Origin: Auanema rhodensis
Lineage: Eukaryota > Animalia > Nematoda
Assembly (NCBI GenBank): GCA_964057225.1
Contig: OZ059896.1
Coordinates: 21,018,001-21,082,000, forward strand
DNA length: 64,000 nucleotides
Direction of reading: 5' to 3'
Shown: positions 41,482-55,000 of the stretch, one piece after another
Numbering within the stretch: the stretch's first letter is position 1
Layout: each line of letters begins with the position of its first letter
Program-made: the position numbers and the translations under genes
The notes under the pieces: model-generated
The model's database searches: none
The model's input: only the letters and a program-made list of their open reading frames with translations
What the model was told of the DNA's origin: nothing

Positions 41482-44400
41482 ATTTCGAAATAATTTAGCA
41501 AAAAGTAGATGTTTTTAGATTTCTTTTTTCAAGGCAAAGACGATGGACAATGTTATTCAACGAAAAAATTAATTCTTCAGGGTGAAAATCGAGGATATAA
41601 GTGTGAACTTATATCAGTTGATATCTCGGTGCATTTTTAAGCTAGCGCAAATCTGATAACACAGATCGACGCAGCTTAAAAATCTGCATCGAATGCACTA
41701 TACTACATTGAGAAACGCTTAATACACAAATTAGTTATGATCGTTTGAAAAATGATGCATTAGTGTATGTTGAGTTTCCATGTACACTCAACATTGCTTC
41801 CAAAAACAGTTTGACAAAAATTTTTTCGAAAAATTTCAAAATAATTTAGCAAAAAGTAGATGTTTTTAGATTCCTTTTTTCAAGGCAAAGACGATGGACA
41901 ATGTTATTCAACGAAAAAATTAATTCTTCAGGGTGAAAATCGAGGATATAAGTGTGAACTTATATCAGTTGATATCTCGGTGCATTTTTAAGCTAGCGCA
42001 AATCTGATAACACAGATCGACGCAGCTTAAAAATCTGCATCGAATGCACTATACTACATCAAGAAACGCTTGATACAAAAATTAGTTATGATCGTTTGAA
42101 AAATGATGCATTAGTGTATGTTGAGTTTCCATGTACACTCAACATTGCTTCCAAAAACATTTTGACAAAAATTTTTTCGAAAAATTTCAAAATAATTTAG
42201 CAAAAAGTAGATGTTTTTAGATTCCATTTTTCAAGGCAAAGACGATAAACAATGTTATTCAACGAAAAAATTAATTCTTCAGGGTGAAAATCGAGGATAT
42301 AAGTGTGAACTTATATCAGTTGATATCTCGGTGCATTTTTAAGCTAGCGCAAATCTGATAACACAGATCGACGCAGCTTAAAAATCCGCATCGAATGCAC
42401 TATACTACATTGAGAAACGCTTAATACACAAATTAGTTATGATCGTTTGAAAAATGATGCATTAGTGTATGTTGAGTTTCCATGTACACTCAACATTGCT
42501 TCCAAAAACAGTTTGACAAAAATTTTTTCGAAAAATTTCGAAATAATTTAGCAAAAAGTAGATGTTTTTAGATTTCTTTTTTCAAGGCAAAGACGATGGA
42601 CAATGTTATTCAACGAAAAAATTAATTCTTCAGGGTGAAAATCGAGGATATAAGTGTGAACTTATATCAGTTGATATCTCGGTGCATTTTTAAGCTAGCG
42701 CAAATCTGATAACACAGATCGACGCAGCTTAAAAATCTGCATCGAATGCACTATACTACATCAAGAAACGCTTGATACAAAAATTAGTTATGATCGTTTG
42801 AAAAATGATGCATTAGTGTATGTTGAGTTTCCATGTACACTCAACATTGCTTCCAAAAACATTTTGACAAAAATTTTTTCGAAAAATTTCAAAATAATTT
42901 AGCAAAAAGTAGATGTTTTTAGATTCCATTTTTCAAGGCAAAGACGATAAACAATGTTATTCAACGAAAAAATTAATTCTTCAGGGTGAAAATCGAGGAT
43001 ATAAGTGTGAACTTATATCAGTTGATATCTCGGTGCATTTTTAAGCTAGCGCAAATCTGATAACACAGATCGACGCAGCTTAAAAATCCGCATCGAATGC
43101 ACTATACTACATTGAGAAACGCTTGATACAAAAATTAGTTATGATCGTTTGAAAAATGATGCATTAGTGTATGTTGAGTTTCCATGTACACTCAACATTG
43201 CTTCCAAAAACATTTTGACAAAAATTTTTTCGAAAAATTTCAAAATAATTTAGCAAAAAGTAGATGTTTTTAGATTCCATTTTTCAAGGCAAAGACGATA
43301 GACAATGTTATTCAACGAAAAAATTAATTCTTCAGGGTGAAAATCGAGGATATAAGTGTGAACTTATATCAGTTGATATCTCGGTGCATTTTTAAGCTAG
43401 CGCAAATCTGATAACACAGATCGACGCAGCTTAAAAATCTGCATCGAATGCACTATACTACATCAAGAAACGCTTGATACAAAAATTAGTTATGATCGTT
43501 TGAAAAATGATGCATTAGTGTATGTTGAGTTTCCATGTACACTCAACATTGCTTCCAAAAACATTTTGACAAAAATTTTTTCGAAAAATTTCAAAATAAT
43601 TTAGCAAAAAGTAGATGTTTTTAGATTCCATTTTTCAAGGCAAAGACGATAGACAATGTTATTCAACGAAAAAATTAATTCTTCAGGGTGAAAATCGAGG
43701 ATATAAGTGTGAACTTATATCAGTTGATATCTCGGTGCATTTTTAAGCTAGCGCAAATCTGATAACACAGATCGACGCAGCTTAAAAATCCGCATCGAAT
43801 GCACTATACTACATTGAGAAACGCTTAATACACAAATTAGTTATGATCGTTTGAAAAATGATGCATTAGTGTATGTTGAGTTTCCATGTACACTCAACAT
43901 TGCTTCCAAAAACAGTTTGACAAAAATTTTTTCGAAAAATTTCAAAATAATTTAGCAAAAAGTAGATGTTTTTAGATTCCTTTTTTCAAGGCAAAGACGA
44001 TGGACAATGTTATTCAACGAAAAAATTAATTCTTCAGGGTGAAAATCGAGGATATAAGTGTGAACTTATATCAGTTGATATCTCGGTGCATTTTTAAGCT
44101 AGCGCAAATCTGATAACACAGATCGACGCAGCTTAAAAATCTGCATCGAATGCACTATACTACATCAAGAAACGCTTGATACAAAAATTAGTTATGATCG
44201 TTTGAAAAATGATGCATTAGTGTATGTTGAGTTTCCATGTACACTCAACATTGCTTCCAAAAACATTTTGACAAAAATTTTTTCGAAAAATTTCAAAATA
44301 ATTTAGCAAAAAGTAGATGTTTTTAGATTCCATTTTTCAAGGCAAAGACGATAAACAATGTTATTCAACGAAAAAATTAATTCTTCAGGGTGAAAATCGA

Positions 44401-47400
44401 GGATATAAGTGTGAACTTATATCAGTTGATATCTCGGTGCATTTTTAAGCTAGCGCAAATCTGATAACACAGATCGACGCAGCTTAAAAATCCGCATCGA
44501 ATGCACTATACTACATTGAGAAACGCTTAATACAAAAATTAGTTATGATCGTTTGAAAAATGATGCATTAGTGTATGTTGAGTTTCCATGTACACTCAAC
44601 ATTGCTTCCAAAAACAGTTTGACAAAAATTTTTTCGAAATATTTCAGAATAATTTAGCAAAAAGTAGATGTTTTTAGATTCCTTTTTTTAAGGCAAAGAC
44701 GATGGACAATGTTATTCAACGAAAAAATTAATTCTTCAGGGTGAAAATCGAGGATATAAGTGTGAACTTATATCAGTTGATATCTCGGTGCATTTTTAAG
44801 CTAGCGCAAATCTGATAACACAGATCGACGCAGCTTAAAAATCCGCATCGAATGCACTATACTACATTGAGAAACGCTTAATACAAAAATTAGTTATGAT
44901 CGTTTGAAAAATGATGCATTAGTGTATGTTGAGTTTCCATGTACACTCAACATTGCTTCCAAAAACAGTTTGACAAAAATTTTTTCGAAATATTTCAGAA
45001 TAATTTAGCAAAAAGTAGATGTTTTTAGATTCCTTTTTTTAAGGCAAAGACGATGGACAATGTTATTCAACGAAAAAATTAATTCTTCAGGGTGAAAATC
45101 GAGGATATAAGTGTGAACTTATATCAGTTGATATCTCGGTGCATTTTTAAGCTAGCGCAAATCTGATAACACAGATCGACGCAGCTTAAAAATCTGCATC
45201 GAATGCACTATACTACATCAAGAAACGCTTGATACAAAAATTAGTTATGATCGTTTGAAAAATGATGCATTAGTGTATGTTGAGTTTCCATGTACACTCA
45301 ACATTGCTTCCAAAAACAGTTTGACAAAAATTTTTTCGAAATATTTCAGAATAATTTAGCAAAAAGTAGATGTTTTTAGATTCCTTTTTTTAAGGCAAAG
45401 ACGATGGACAATGTTATTCAACGAAAAAATTAATTCTTCAGGGTGAAAATCGAGGATATAAGTGTGAACTTATATCAGTTGATATCTCGGTGCATTTTTA
45501 AGCTAGCGCAAATCTGATAACACAGATCGACGCAGCTTAAAAATCTGCATCGAATGCACTATACTACATCAAGAAACGCTTGATACAAAAATTAGTTATG
45601 ATCGTTTGAAAAATGATGCATTAGTGTATGTTGAGTTTCCATGTACACTCAACATTGCTTCCAAAAACATTTTGACAAAAATTTTTTCGAAAAATTTCAG
45701 AATAATTTAGCAAGAAGTAGATGTTTTTAGATTTCTTTTTTCAAGGCAAAGACGATGGACAATGTTATTCAACGAAAAAATTAATTCTTCAGGGTGAAAA
45801 TCGAGGATATAAGTGTGAACTTATATCAGTTGATATCTCGGTGCATTTTTAAGCTAGCGCAAATCTGATAACACAGATCGACGCAGCTTAAAAATCCGCA
45901 TCGAATGCACTATACTACATTGAGAAACGCTTAATACACAAATTAGTTATGATCGTTTGAAAAATGATGCATTAGTGTATGTTGAGTTTCCATGTACACT
46001 CAACATTGCTTCCAAAAACAGTTTGACAAAAATTTTTTCGAAAAATTTCAAAATAATTTAGCAAAAAGTAGATGTTTTTAGATTCCTTTTTTCAAGGCAA
46101 AGACGATGGACAATGTTATTCAACGAAAAAATTAATTCTTCAGGGTGAAAATCGAGGATATAAGTGTGAACTTATATCAGTTGATATCTCGGTGCATTTT
46201 TAAGCTAGCGCAAATCTGATAACACAGATCGACGCAGCTTAAAAATCTGCATCGAATGCACTATACTACATCAAGAAACGCTTGATACAAAAATTAGTTA
46301 TGATCGTTTGAAAAATGATGCATTAGTGTATGTTGAGTTTCCATGTACACTCAACATTGCTTCCAAAAACATTTTGACAAAAATTTTTTCGAAAAATTTC
46401 AAAATAATTTAGCAAAAAGTAGATGTTTTTAGATTCCATTTTTCAAGGCAAAGACGATAAACAATGTTATTCAACGAAAAAATTAATTCTTCAGGGTGAA
46501 AATCGAGGATATAAGTGTGAACTTATATCAGTTGATATCTCGGTGCATTTTTAAGCTAGCGCAAATCTGATAACACAGATCGACGCAGCTTAAAAATCCG
46601 CATCGAATGCACTATACTACATTGAGAAACGCTTAATACAAAAATTAGTTATGATCGTTTGAAAAATGATGCATTAGTGTATGTTGAGTTTCCATGTACA
46701 CTCAACATTGCTTCCAAAAACAGTTTGACAAAAATTTTTTCGAAATATTTCAGAATAATTTAGCAAAAAGTAGATGTTTTTAGATTCCTTTTTTTAAGGC
46801 AAAGACGATGGACAATGTTATTCAACGAAAAAATTAATTCTTCAGGGTGAAAATCGAGGATATAAGTGTGAACTTATATCAGTTGATATCTCGGTGCATT
46901 TTTAAGCTAGCGCAAATCTGATAACACAGATCGACGCAGCTTAAAAATCTGCATCGAATGCACTATACTACATCAAGAAACGCTTGATACAAAAATTAGT
47001 TATGATCGTTTGAAAAATGATGCATTAGTGTATGTTGAGTTTCCATGTACACTCAACATTGCTTCCAAAAACATTTTGACAAAAATTTTTTCGAAAAATT
47101 TCAAAATAATTTAGCAAAAAGTAGATGTTTTTAGATTCCATTTTTCAAGGCAAAGACGATAGACAATGTTATTCAACGAAAAAATTAATTCTTCAGGGTG
47201 AAAATCGAGGATATAAGTGTGAACTTATATCAGTTGATATCTCGGTGCATTTTTAAGCTAGCGCAAATCTGATAACACAGATCGACGCAGCTTAAAAATC
47301 CGCATCGAATGCACTATACTACATTGAGAAACGCTTAATACAAAAATTAGTTATGATCGTTTGAAAAATGATGCATTAGTGTATGTTGAGTTTCCATGTA

Positions 47401-48852
47401 CACTCAACATTGCTTCCAAAAACAGTTTGACAAAAATTTTTTCGAAATATTTCAGAATAATTTAGCAAAAAGTAGATGTTTTTAGATTCCTTTTTTTAAG
47501 GCAAAGACGATGGACAATGTTATTCAACGAAAAAATTAATTCTTCAGGGTGAAAATCGAGGATATAAGTGTGAACTTATATCAGTTGATATCTCGGTGCA
47601 TTTTTAAGCTAGCGCAAATCTGATAACACAGATCGACGCAGCTTAAAAATCTGCATCGAATGCACTATACTACATCAAGAAACGCTTGATACAAAAATTA
47701 GTTATGATCGTTTGAAAAATGATGCATTAGTGTATGTTGAGTTTCCATGTACACTCAACATTGCTTCCAAAAACATTTTGACAAAAATTTTTTCGAAAAA
47801 TTTCAAAATAATTTAGCAAAAAGTAGATGTTTTTAGATTTCTTTTTTCAAGGCAAAGACGATGGACAATGTTATTCAACGAAAAAATTAATTCTTCAGGG
47901 TGAAAATCGAGGATATAAGTGTGAACTTATATCAGTTGATATCTCGGTGCATTTTTAAGCTAGCGCAAATCTGATAACACAGATCGACGCAGCTTAAAAA
48001 TCCGCATCGAATGCACTATACTACATTGAGAAACGCTTAATACACAAATTAGTTATGATCGTTTGAAAAATGATGCATTAGTGTATGTTGAGTTTCCATG
48101 TACACTCAACATTGCTTCCAAAAACAGTTTGACAAAAATTTTTTCGAAAAATTTCGAAATAATTTAGCAAAAAGTAGATGTTTTTAGATTTCTTTTTTCA
48201 AGGCAAAGACGATGGACAATGTTATTCAACGAAAAAATTAATTCTTCAGGGTGAAAATCGAGGATATAAGTGTGAACATATATCAGTTGATATCTCGGTG
48301 CATTTTTAAGCTAGCGCAAATCTGATAACACAGATCGACGCAGCTTAAAAATCCGCATGGAATGCACTATACTACATCAAGAAACGCTTGATACAAAAAT
48401 TAGTTATGATCGTTTGAAAAATGATGCATTAGTGTATGTTGAGTTTCCATGTACACTCAACATTGCTTCCAAAAACATTTTGACAAAAATTTTTTCGAAA
48501 AATTTCAAAATAATTTAGCAAAAAGTAGATGTTTTTAGATTCCTTTTTTTAAGGCAAAGACGATGGACAATGTTATTCAACGAAAAAATTAATTCTTCAG
48601 GGTGAAAATCGAGGATATAAGTGTGAACTTATATCAGTTGATATCTCGGTGCATTTTTAAGCTAGCGCAAATCTGATAACACAGATCGACGCAGCTTAAA
48701 AATCCGCATCGAATGCACTATACTACATTGAGAAACGCTTAATACAAAAATTAGTTATGATCGTTTGAAAAATGATGCATTAGTGTATGTTGAGTTTCCA
48801 TGTACACTCAACATTGCTTCCAAAAACAGTTTGACAAAAATTTTTTCGAAAT

Positions 48853-51800
48853 ATTTCAGAATAATTTAGCAAAAAGTAGATGTTTTTAGATTCCTTTTTT
48901 TAAGGCAAAGACGATGGACAATGTTATTCAACGAAAAAATTAATTCTTCAGGGTGAAAATCGAGGATATAAGTGTGAACTTATATCAGTTGATATCTCGG
49001 TGCATTTTTAAGCTAGCGCAAATCTGATAACACAGATCGACGCAGCTTAAAAATCTGCATCGAATGCACTATACTACATCAAGAAACGCTTGATACAAAA
49101 ATTAGTTATGATCGTTTGAAAAATGATGCATTAGTGTATGTTGAGTTTCCATGTACACTCAACATTGCTTCCAAAAACATTTTGACAAAAATTTTTTCGA
49201 AAAATTTCAAAATAATTTAGCAAAAAGTAGATGTTTTTAGATTTCTTTTTTCAAGGCAAAGACGATGGACAATGTTATTCAACGAAAAAATTAATTCTTC
49301 AGGGTGAAAATCGAGGATATAAGTGTGAACTTATATCAGTTGATATCTCGGTGCATTTTTAAGCTAGCGCAAATCTGATAACACAGATCGACGCAGCTTA
49401 AAAATCCGCATCGAATGCACTATACTACATTGAGAAACGCTTAATACACAAATTAGTTATGATCGTTTGAAAAATGATGCATTAGTGTATGTTGAGTTTC
49501 CATGTACACTCAACATTGCTTCCAAAAACAGTTTGACAAAAATTTTTTCGAAAAATTTCGAAATAATTTAGCAAAAAGTAGATGTTTTTAGATTTCTTTT
49601 TTCAAGGCAAAGACGATGGACAATGTTATTCAACGAAAAAATTAATTCTTCAGGGTGAAAATCGAGGATATAAGTGTGAACATATATCAGTTGATATCTC
49701 GGTGCATTTTTAAGCTAGCGCAAATCTGATAACACAGATCGACGCAGCTTAAAAATCCGCATGGAATGCACTATACTACATCAAGAAACGCTTGATACAA
49801 AAATTAGTTATGATCGTTTGAAAAATGATGCATTAGTGTATGTTGAGTTTCCATGTACACTCAACATTGCTTCCAAAAACATTTTGACAAAAATTTTTTC
49901 GAAAAATTTCAAAATAATTTAGCAAAAAGTAGATGTTTTTAGATTCCTTTTTTTAAGGCAAAGACGATGGACAATGTTATTCAACGAAAAAATTAATTCT
50001 TCAGGGTGAAAATCGAGGATATAAGTGTGAACTTATATCAGTTGATATCTCGGTGCATTTTTAAGCTAGCGCAAATCTGATAACACAGATCGACGCAGCT
50101 TAAAAATCTGCATCGAATGCACTATACTACATCAAGAAACGCTTGATACAAAAATTAGTTATGATCGTTTGAAAAATGATGCATTAGTGTATGTTGAGTT
50201 TCCATGTACACTCAACATTGCTTCCAAAAACATTTTGACAAATATTTTTTCGAAAAATTTCAAAATAATTTAGCAAAAAGTAGATGTTTTTAGATTTCTT
50301 TTTTCAAGGCAAAGACGATGGACAATGTTATTCAACGAAAAAATTAATTCTTCAGGGTGAAAATCGAGGATATAAGTGTGAACTTATATCAGTTGATATC
50401 TCGGTGCATTTTTAAGCTAGCGCAAATCTGATAACACAGATCGACGCAGCTTAAAAATCTGCATCGAATGCACTATACTACATCAAGAAACGCTTGATAC
50501 AAAAATTAGTTATGATCGTTTGAAAAATGATGCATTAGTGTATGTTGAGTTTCCATGTACACTCAACATTGCTTCCAAAAACATTTTGACAAAAATTTTT
50601 TCGAAAAATTTCAAAATAATTTAGCAAAAAGTAGATGTTTTTAGATTCCATTTTTCAAGGCAAAGACGATAGACAATGTTATTCAACGAAAAAATTAATT
50701 CTTCAGGGTGAAAATCGAGGATATAAGTGTGAACTTATATCAGTTGATATCTCGGTGCATTTTTAAGCTAGCGCAAATCTGATAACACAGATCGACGCAG
50801 CTTAAAAATCCGCATCGAATGCACTATACTACATTGAGAAACGCTTGATACAAAAATTAGTTATGATCGTTTGAAAAATGATGCATTAGTGTATGTTGAG
50901 TTTCCATGTACACTCAACATTGCTTCCAAAAACATTTTGACAAAAATTTTTTCGAAAAATTTCAAAATAATTTAGCAAAAAGTAGATGTTTTTAGATTCC
51001 ATTTTTCAAGGCAAAGACGATAGACAATGTTATTCAACGAAAAAATTAATTCTTCAGGGTGAAAATCGAGGATATAAGTGTGAACTGATATCAGTTGATA
51101 TCTCGGTGCATTTTTAAGCTAGCGCAAATCTGATAACACAGATCGACGCAGCTTAAAAATCCGCATCGAATGCACTATACTACATTGAGAAACGCTTAAT
51201 ACACAAATTAGTTATGATCGTTTGAAAAATGATGCATTAGTGTATGTTGAGTTTCCATGTACACTCAACATTGCTTCCAAAAACAGTTTGACAAAAATTT
51301 TTTCGAAAAATTTCAAAATAATTTAGCAAAAAGTAGATGTTTTTAGATTTCTTTTTTCAAGGCAAAGACGATGGACAATGTTATTCAACGAAAAAATTAA
51401 TTCTTCAGGGTGAAAATCGAGGATATAAGTGTGAACTTATATCAGTTGATATCTCGGTGCATTTTTAAGCTAGCGCAAATCTGATAACACAGATCGACGC
51501 AGCTTAAAAATCCGCATCGAATGCACTATACTACATCAAGAAACGCTTGATACAAAAATTAGTTATGATCGTTTGAAAAATGATGCATTAGTGTATGTTG
51601 AGTTTCCATGTACACTCAACATTGCTTCCAAAAACATTTTGACAAAAATTTTTTCGAAAAATTTCAAAATAATTTAGCAAGAAGTAGATGTTTTTAGATT
51701 TCTTTTTTCAAGGCAAAGACGATGGACAATGTTATTCAACGAAAAAATTAATTCTTCAGGGTGAAAATCGAGGATATAAGTGTGAACTTATATCAGTTGA

Positions 51801-52011
51801 TATCTCGGTGCATTTCTAAGCTAGCGCAAATCTGATAACACAGATCGACGCAGCTTAAAAATCCGCATCGAATGCACTATACTACATTGAGAAACGCTTG
51901 ATACAAAAATTAGTTATGATCGTTTGAAAAATGATGCATTAGTGTATGTTGAGTTTCCATGTACACTCAACATTGCTTCCAAAAACATTTTGACAAAAAT
52001 TTTTTCGAAAA
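48853..52011 (+). repeat. ~9-monomer block (140-148), repeated at 54469-57627
   Basis: The rare markers TATTTCAG, TTTCGAAAT+AACATAT+GCATGG and AACTGAT recur in the same order 5616 bp (16 monomers) downstream. Confidence 0.83.
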
Positions 52012-55000
52012 ATTTCAAAATAATTTAGCAAGAAGTAGATGTTTTTAGATTTCTTTTTTCAAGGCAAAGACGATGGACAATGTTATTCAACGAAAAAATT
52101 AATTCTTCAGGGTGAAAATCGAGGATATAAGTGTGAACTTATATCAGTTGATATCTCGGTGCATTTTTAAGCTAGCGCAAATCTGATAACACAGATCGAC
52201 GCAGCTTAAAAATCCGCATCGAATGCACTATACTACATCAAGAAACGCTTGATACAAAAATTAGTTATGATCGTTTGAAAAATGATGCATTAGTGTATGT
52301 TGAGTTTCCATGTACACTCAACATTGCTTCCAAAAACATTTTGACAAAAATTTTTTCGAAAAATTTCAAAATAATTTAGCAAGAAGTAGATGTTTTTAGA
52401 TTTCTTTTTTCAAGGCAAAGACGATGGACAATGTTATTCAACGAAAAAATTAATTCTTCAGGGTGAAAATCGAGGATATAAGTGTGAACTTATATCAGTT
52501 GATATCTCGGTGCATTTCTAAGCTAGCGCAAATCTGATAACACAGATCGACGCAGCTTAAAAATCCGCATCGAATGCACTATACTACATTGAGAAACGCT
52601 TGATACAAAAATTAGTTATGATCGTTTGAAAAATGATGCATTAGTGTATGTTGAGTTTCCATGTACACTCAACATTGCTTCCAAAAACATTTTGACAAAA
52701 ATTTTTTCGAAAAATTTCAAAATAATTTAGCAAGAAGTAGATGTTTTTAGATTTCTTTTTTCAAGGCAAAGACGATGGACAATGTTATTCAACGAAAAAA
52801 TTAATTCTTCAGGGTGAAAATCGAGGATATAAGTGTGAACTTATATCAGTTGATATCTCGGTGCATTTCTAAGCTAGCGCAAATCTGATAACACAGATCG
52901 ACGCAGCTTAAAAATCCGCATCGAATGCACTATACTACATTGAGAAACGCTTGATACAAAAATTAGTTATGATCGTTTGAAAAATGATGCATTAGTGTAT
53001 GTTGAGTTTCCATGTACACTTAACATTGCTTCCAAAAACATTTTGACAAAAATTTTTTCGAAAAATTTCAAAATAATTTAGCAAAAAGTAGATGTTTTTA
53101 GATTCCATTTTTCAAGGCAAAGACGATAAACAATGTTATTCAACGAAAAAATTAATTCTTCAGGGTGAAAATCGAGGATATAAGTGTGAACTTATATCAG
53201 TTGATATCTCGGTGCATTTTTAAGCTAGCGCAAATCTGATAACACAGATCGACGCAGCTTAAAAATCCGCATCGAATGCACTATACTACATTGAGAAACG
53301 CTTGATACAAAAATTAGTTATGATCGTTTGAAAAATGATGCATTAGTGTATGTTGAGTTTCCATGTACACTCAACATTGCTTCCAAAAACATTTTGACAA
53401 AAATTTTTTCGAAAAATTTCAAAATAATTTAGCAAAAAGTAGATGTTTTTAGATTCCATTTTTCAAGGCAAAGACGATAGACAATGTTATTCAACGAAAA
53501 AATTAATTCTTCAGGGTGAAAATCGAGGATATAAGTGTGAACTTATATCAGTTGATATCTCGGTGCATTTTTAAGCTAGCGCAAATCTGATAACACAGAT
53601 CGACGCAGCTCAAAAATCCGCATCGAATGCACTATACTACATTGAGAAACGCTTGATACAAAAATTAGTTATGATCGTTTGAAAAATGATGCATTAGTGT
53701 ATGTTGAGTTTCCATGTACACTCAACATTGCTTCCAAAAACATTTTGACAAAAATTTTTTCGAAATATTTCAGAATAATTTAGCAAAAAGTAGATGTTTT
53801 TAGATTCCTTTTTTTAAGGCAAAGACGATGGACAATGTTATTCAACGAAAAAATTAATTCTTCAGGGTGAAAATCGAGGATATAAGTGTGAACTTATATC
53901 AGTTGATATCTCGGTGCATTTTTAAGCTAGCGCAAATCTGATAACACAGATCGACGCAGCTTAAAAATCTGCATCGAATGCACTATACTACATCAAGAAA
54001 CGCTTGATACAAAAATTAGTTATGATCGTTTGAAAAATGATGCATTAGTGTATGTTGAGTTTCCATGTACACTCAACATTGCTTCCAAAAACATTTTGAC
54101 AAAAATTTTTTCGAAAAATTTCAAAATAATTTAGCAAAAAGTAGATGTTTTTAGATTCCATTTTTCAAGGCAAAGACGATAGACAATGTTATTCAACGAA
54201 AAAATTAATTCTTCAGGGTGAAAATCGAGGATATAAGTGTGAACTTATATCAGTTGATATCTCGGTGCATTTTTAAGCTAGCGCAAATCTGATAACACAG
54301 ATCGACGCAGCTTAAAAATCCGCATCGAATGCACTATACTACATTGAGAAACGCTTAATACAAAAATTAGTTATGATCGTTTGAAAAATGATGCATTAGT
54401 GTATGTTGAGTTTCCATGTACACTCAACATTGCTTCCAAAAACAGTTTGACAAAAATTTTTTCGAAATATTTCAGAATAATTTAGCAAAAAGTAGATGTT
54501 TTTAGATTCCTTTTTTTAAGGCAAAGACGATGGACAATGTTATTCAACGAAAAAATTAATTCTTCAGGGTGAAAATCGAGGATATAAGTGTGAACTTATA
54601 TCAGTTGATATCTCGGTGCATTTTTAAGCTAGCGCAAATCTGATAACACAGATCGACGCAGCTTAAAAATCTGCATCGAATGCACTATACTACATCAAGA
54701 AACGCTTGATACAAAAATTAGTTATGATCGTTTGAAAAATGATGCATTAGTGTATGTTGAGTTTCCATGTACACTCAACATTGCTTCCAAAAACATTTTG
54801 ACAAAAATTTTTTCGAAAAATTTCAAAATAATTTAGCAAAAAGTAGATGTTTTTAGATTTCTTTTTTCAAGGCAAAGACGATGGACAATGTTATTCAACG
54901 AAAAAATTAATTCTTCAGGGTGAAAATCGAGGATATAAGTGTGAACTTATATCAGTTGATATCTCGGTGCATTTTTAAGCTAGCGCAAATCTGATAACAC

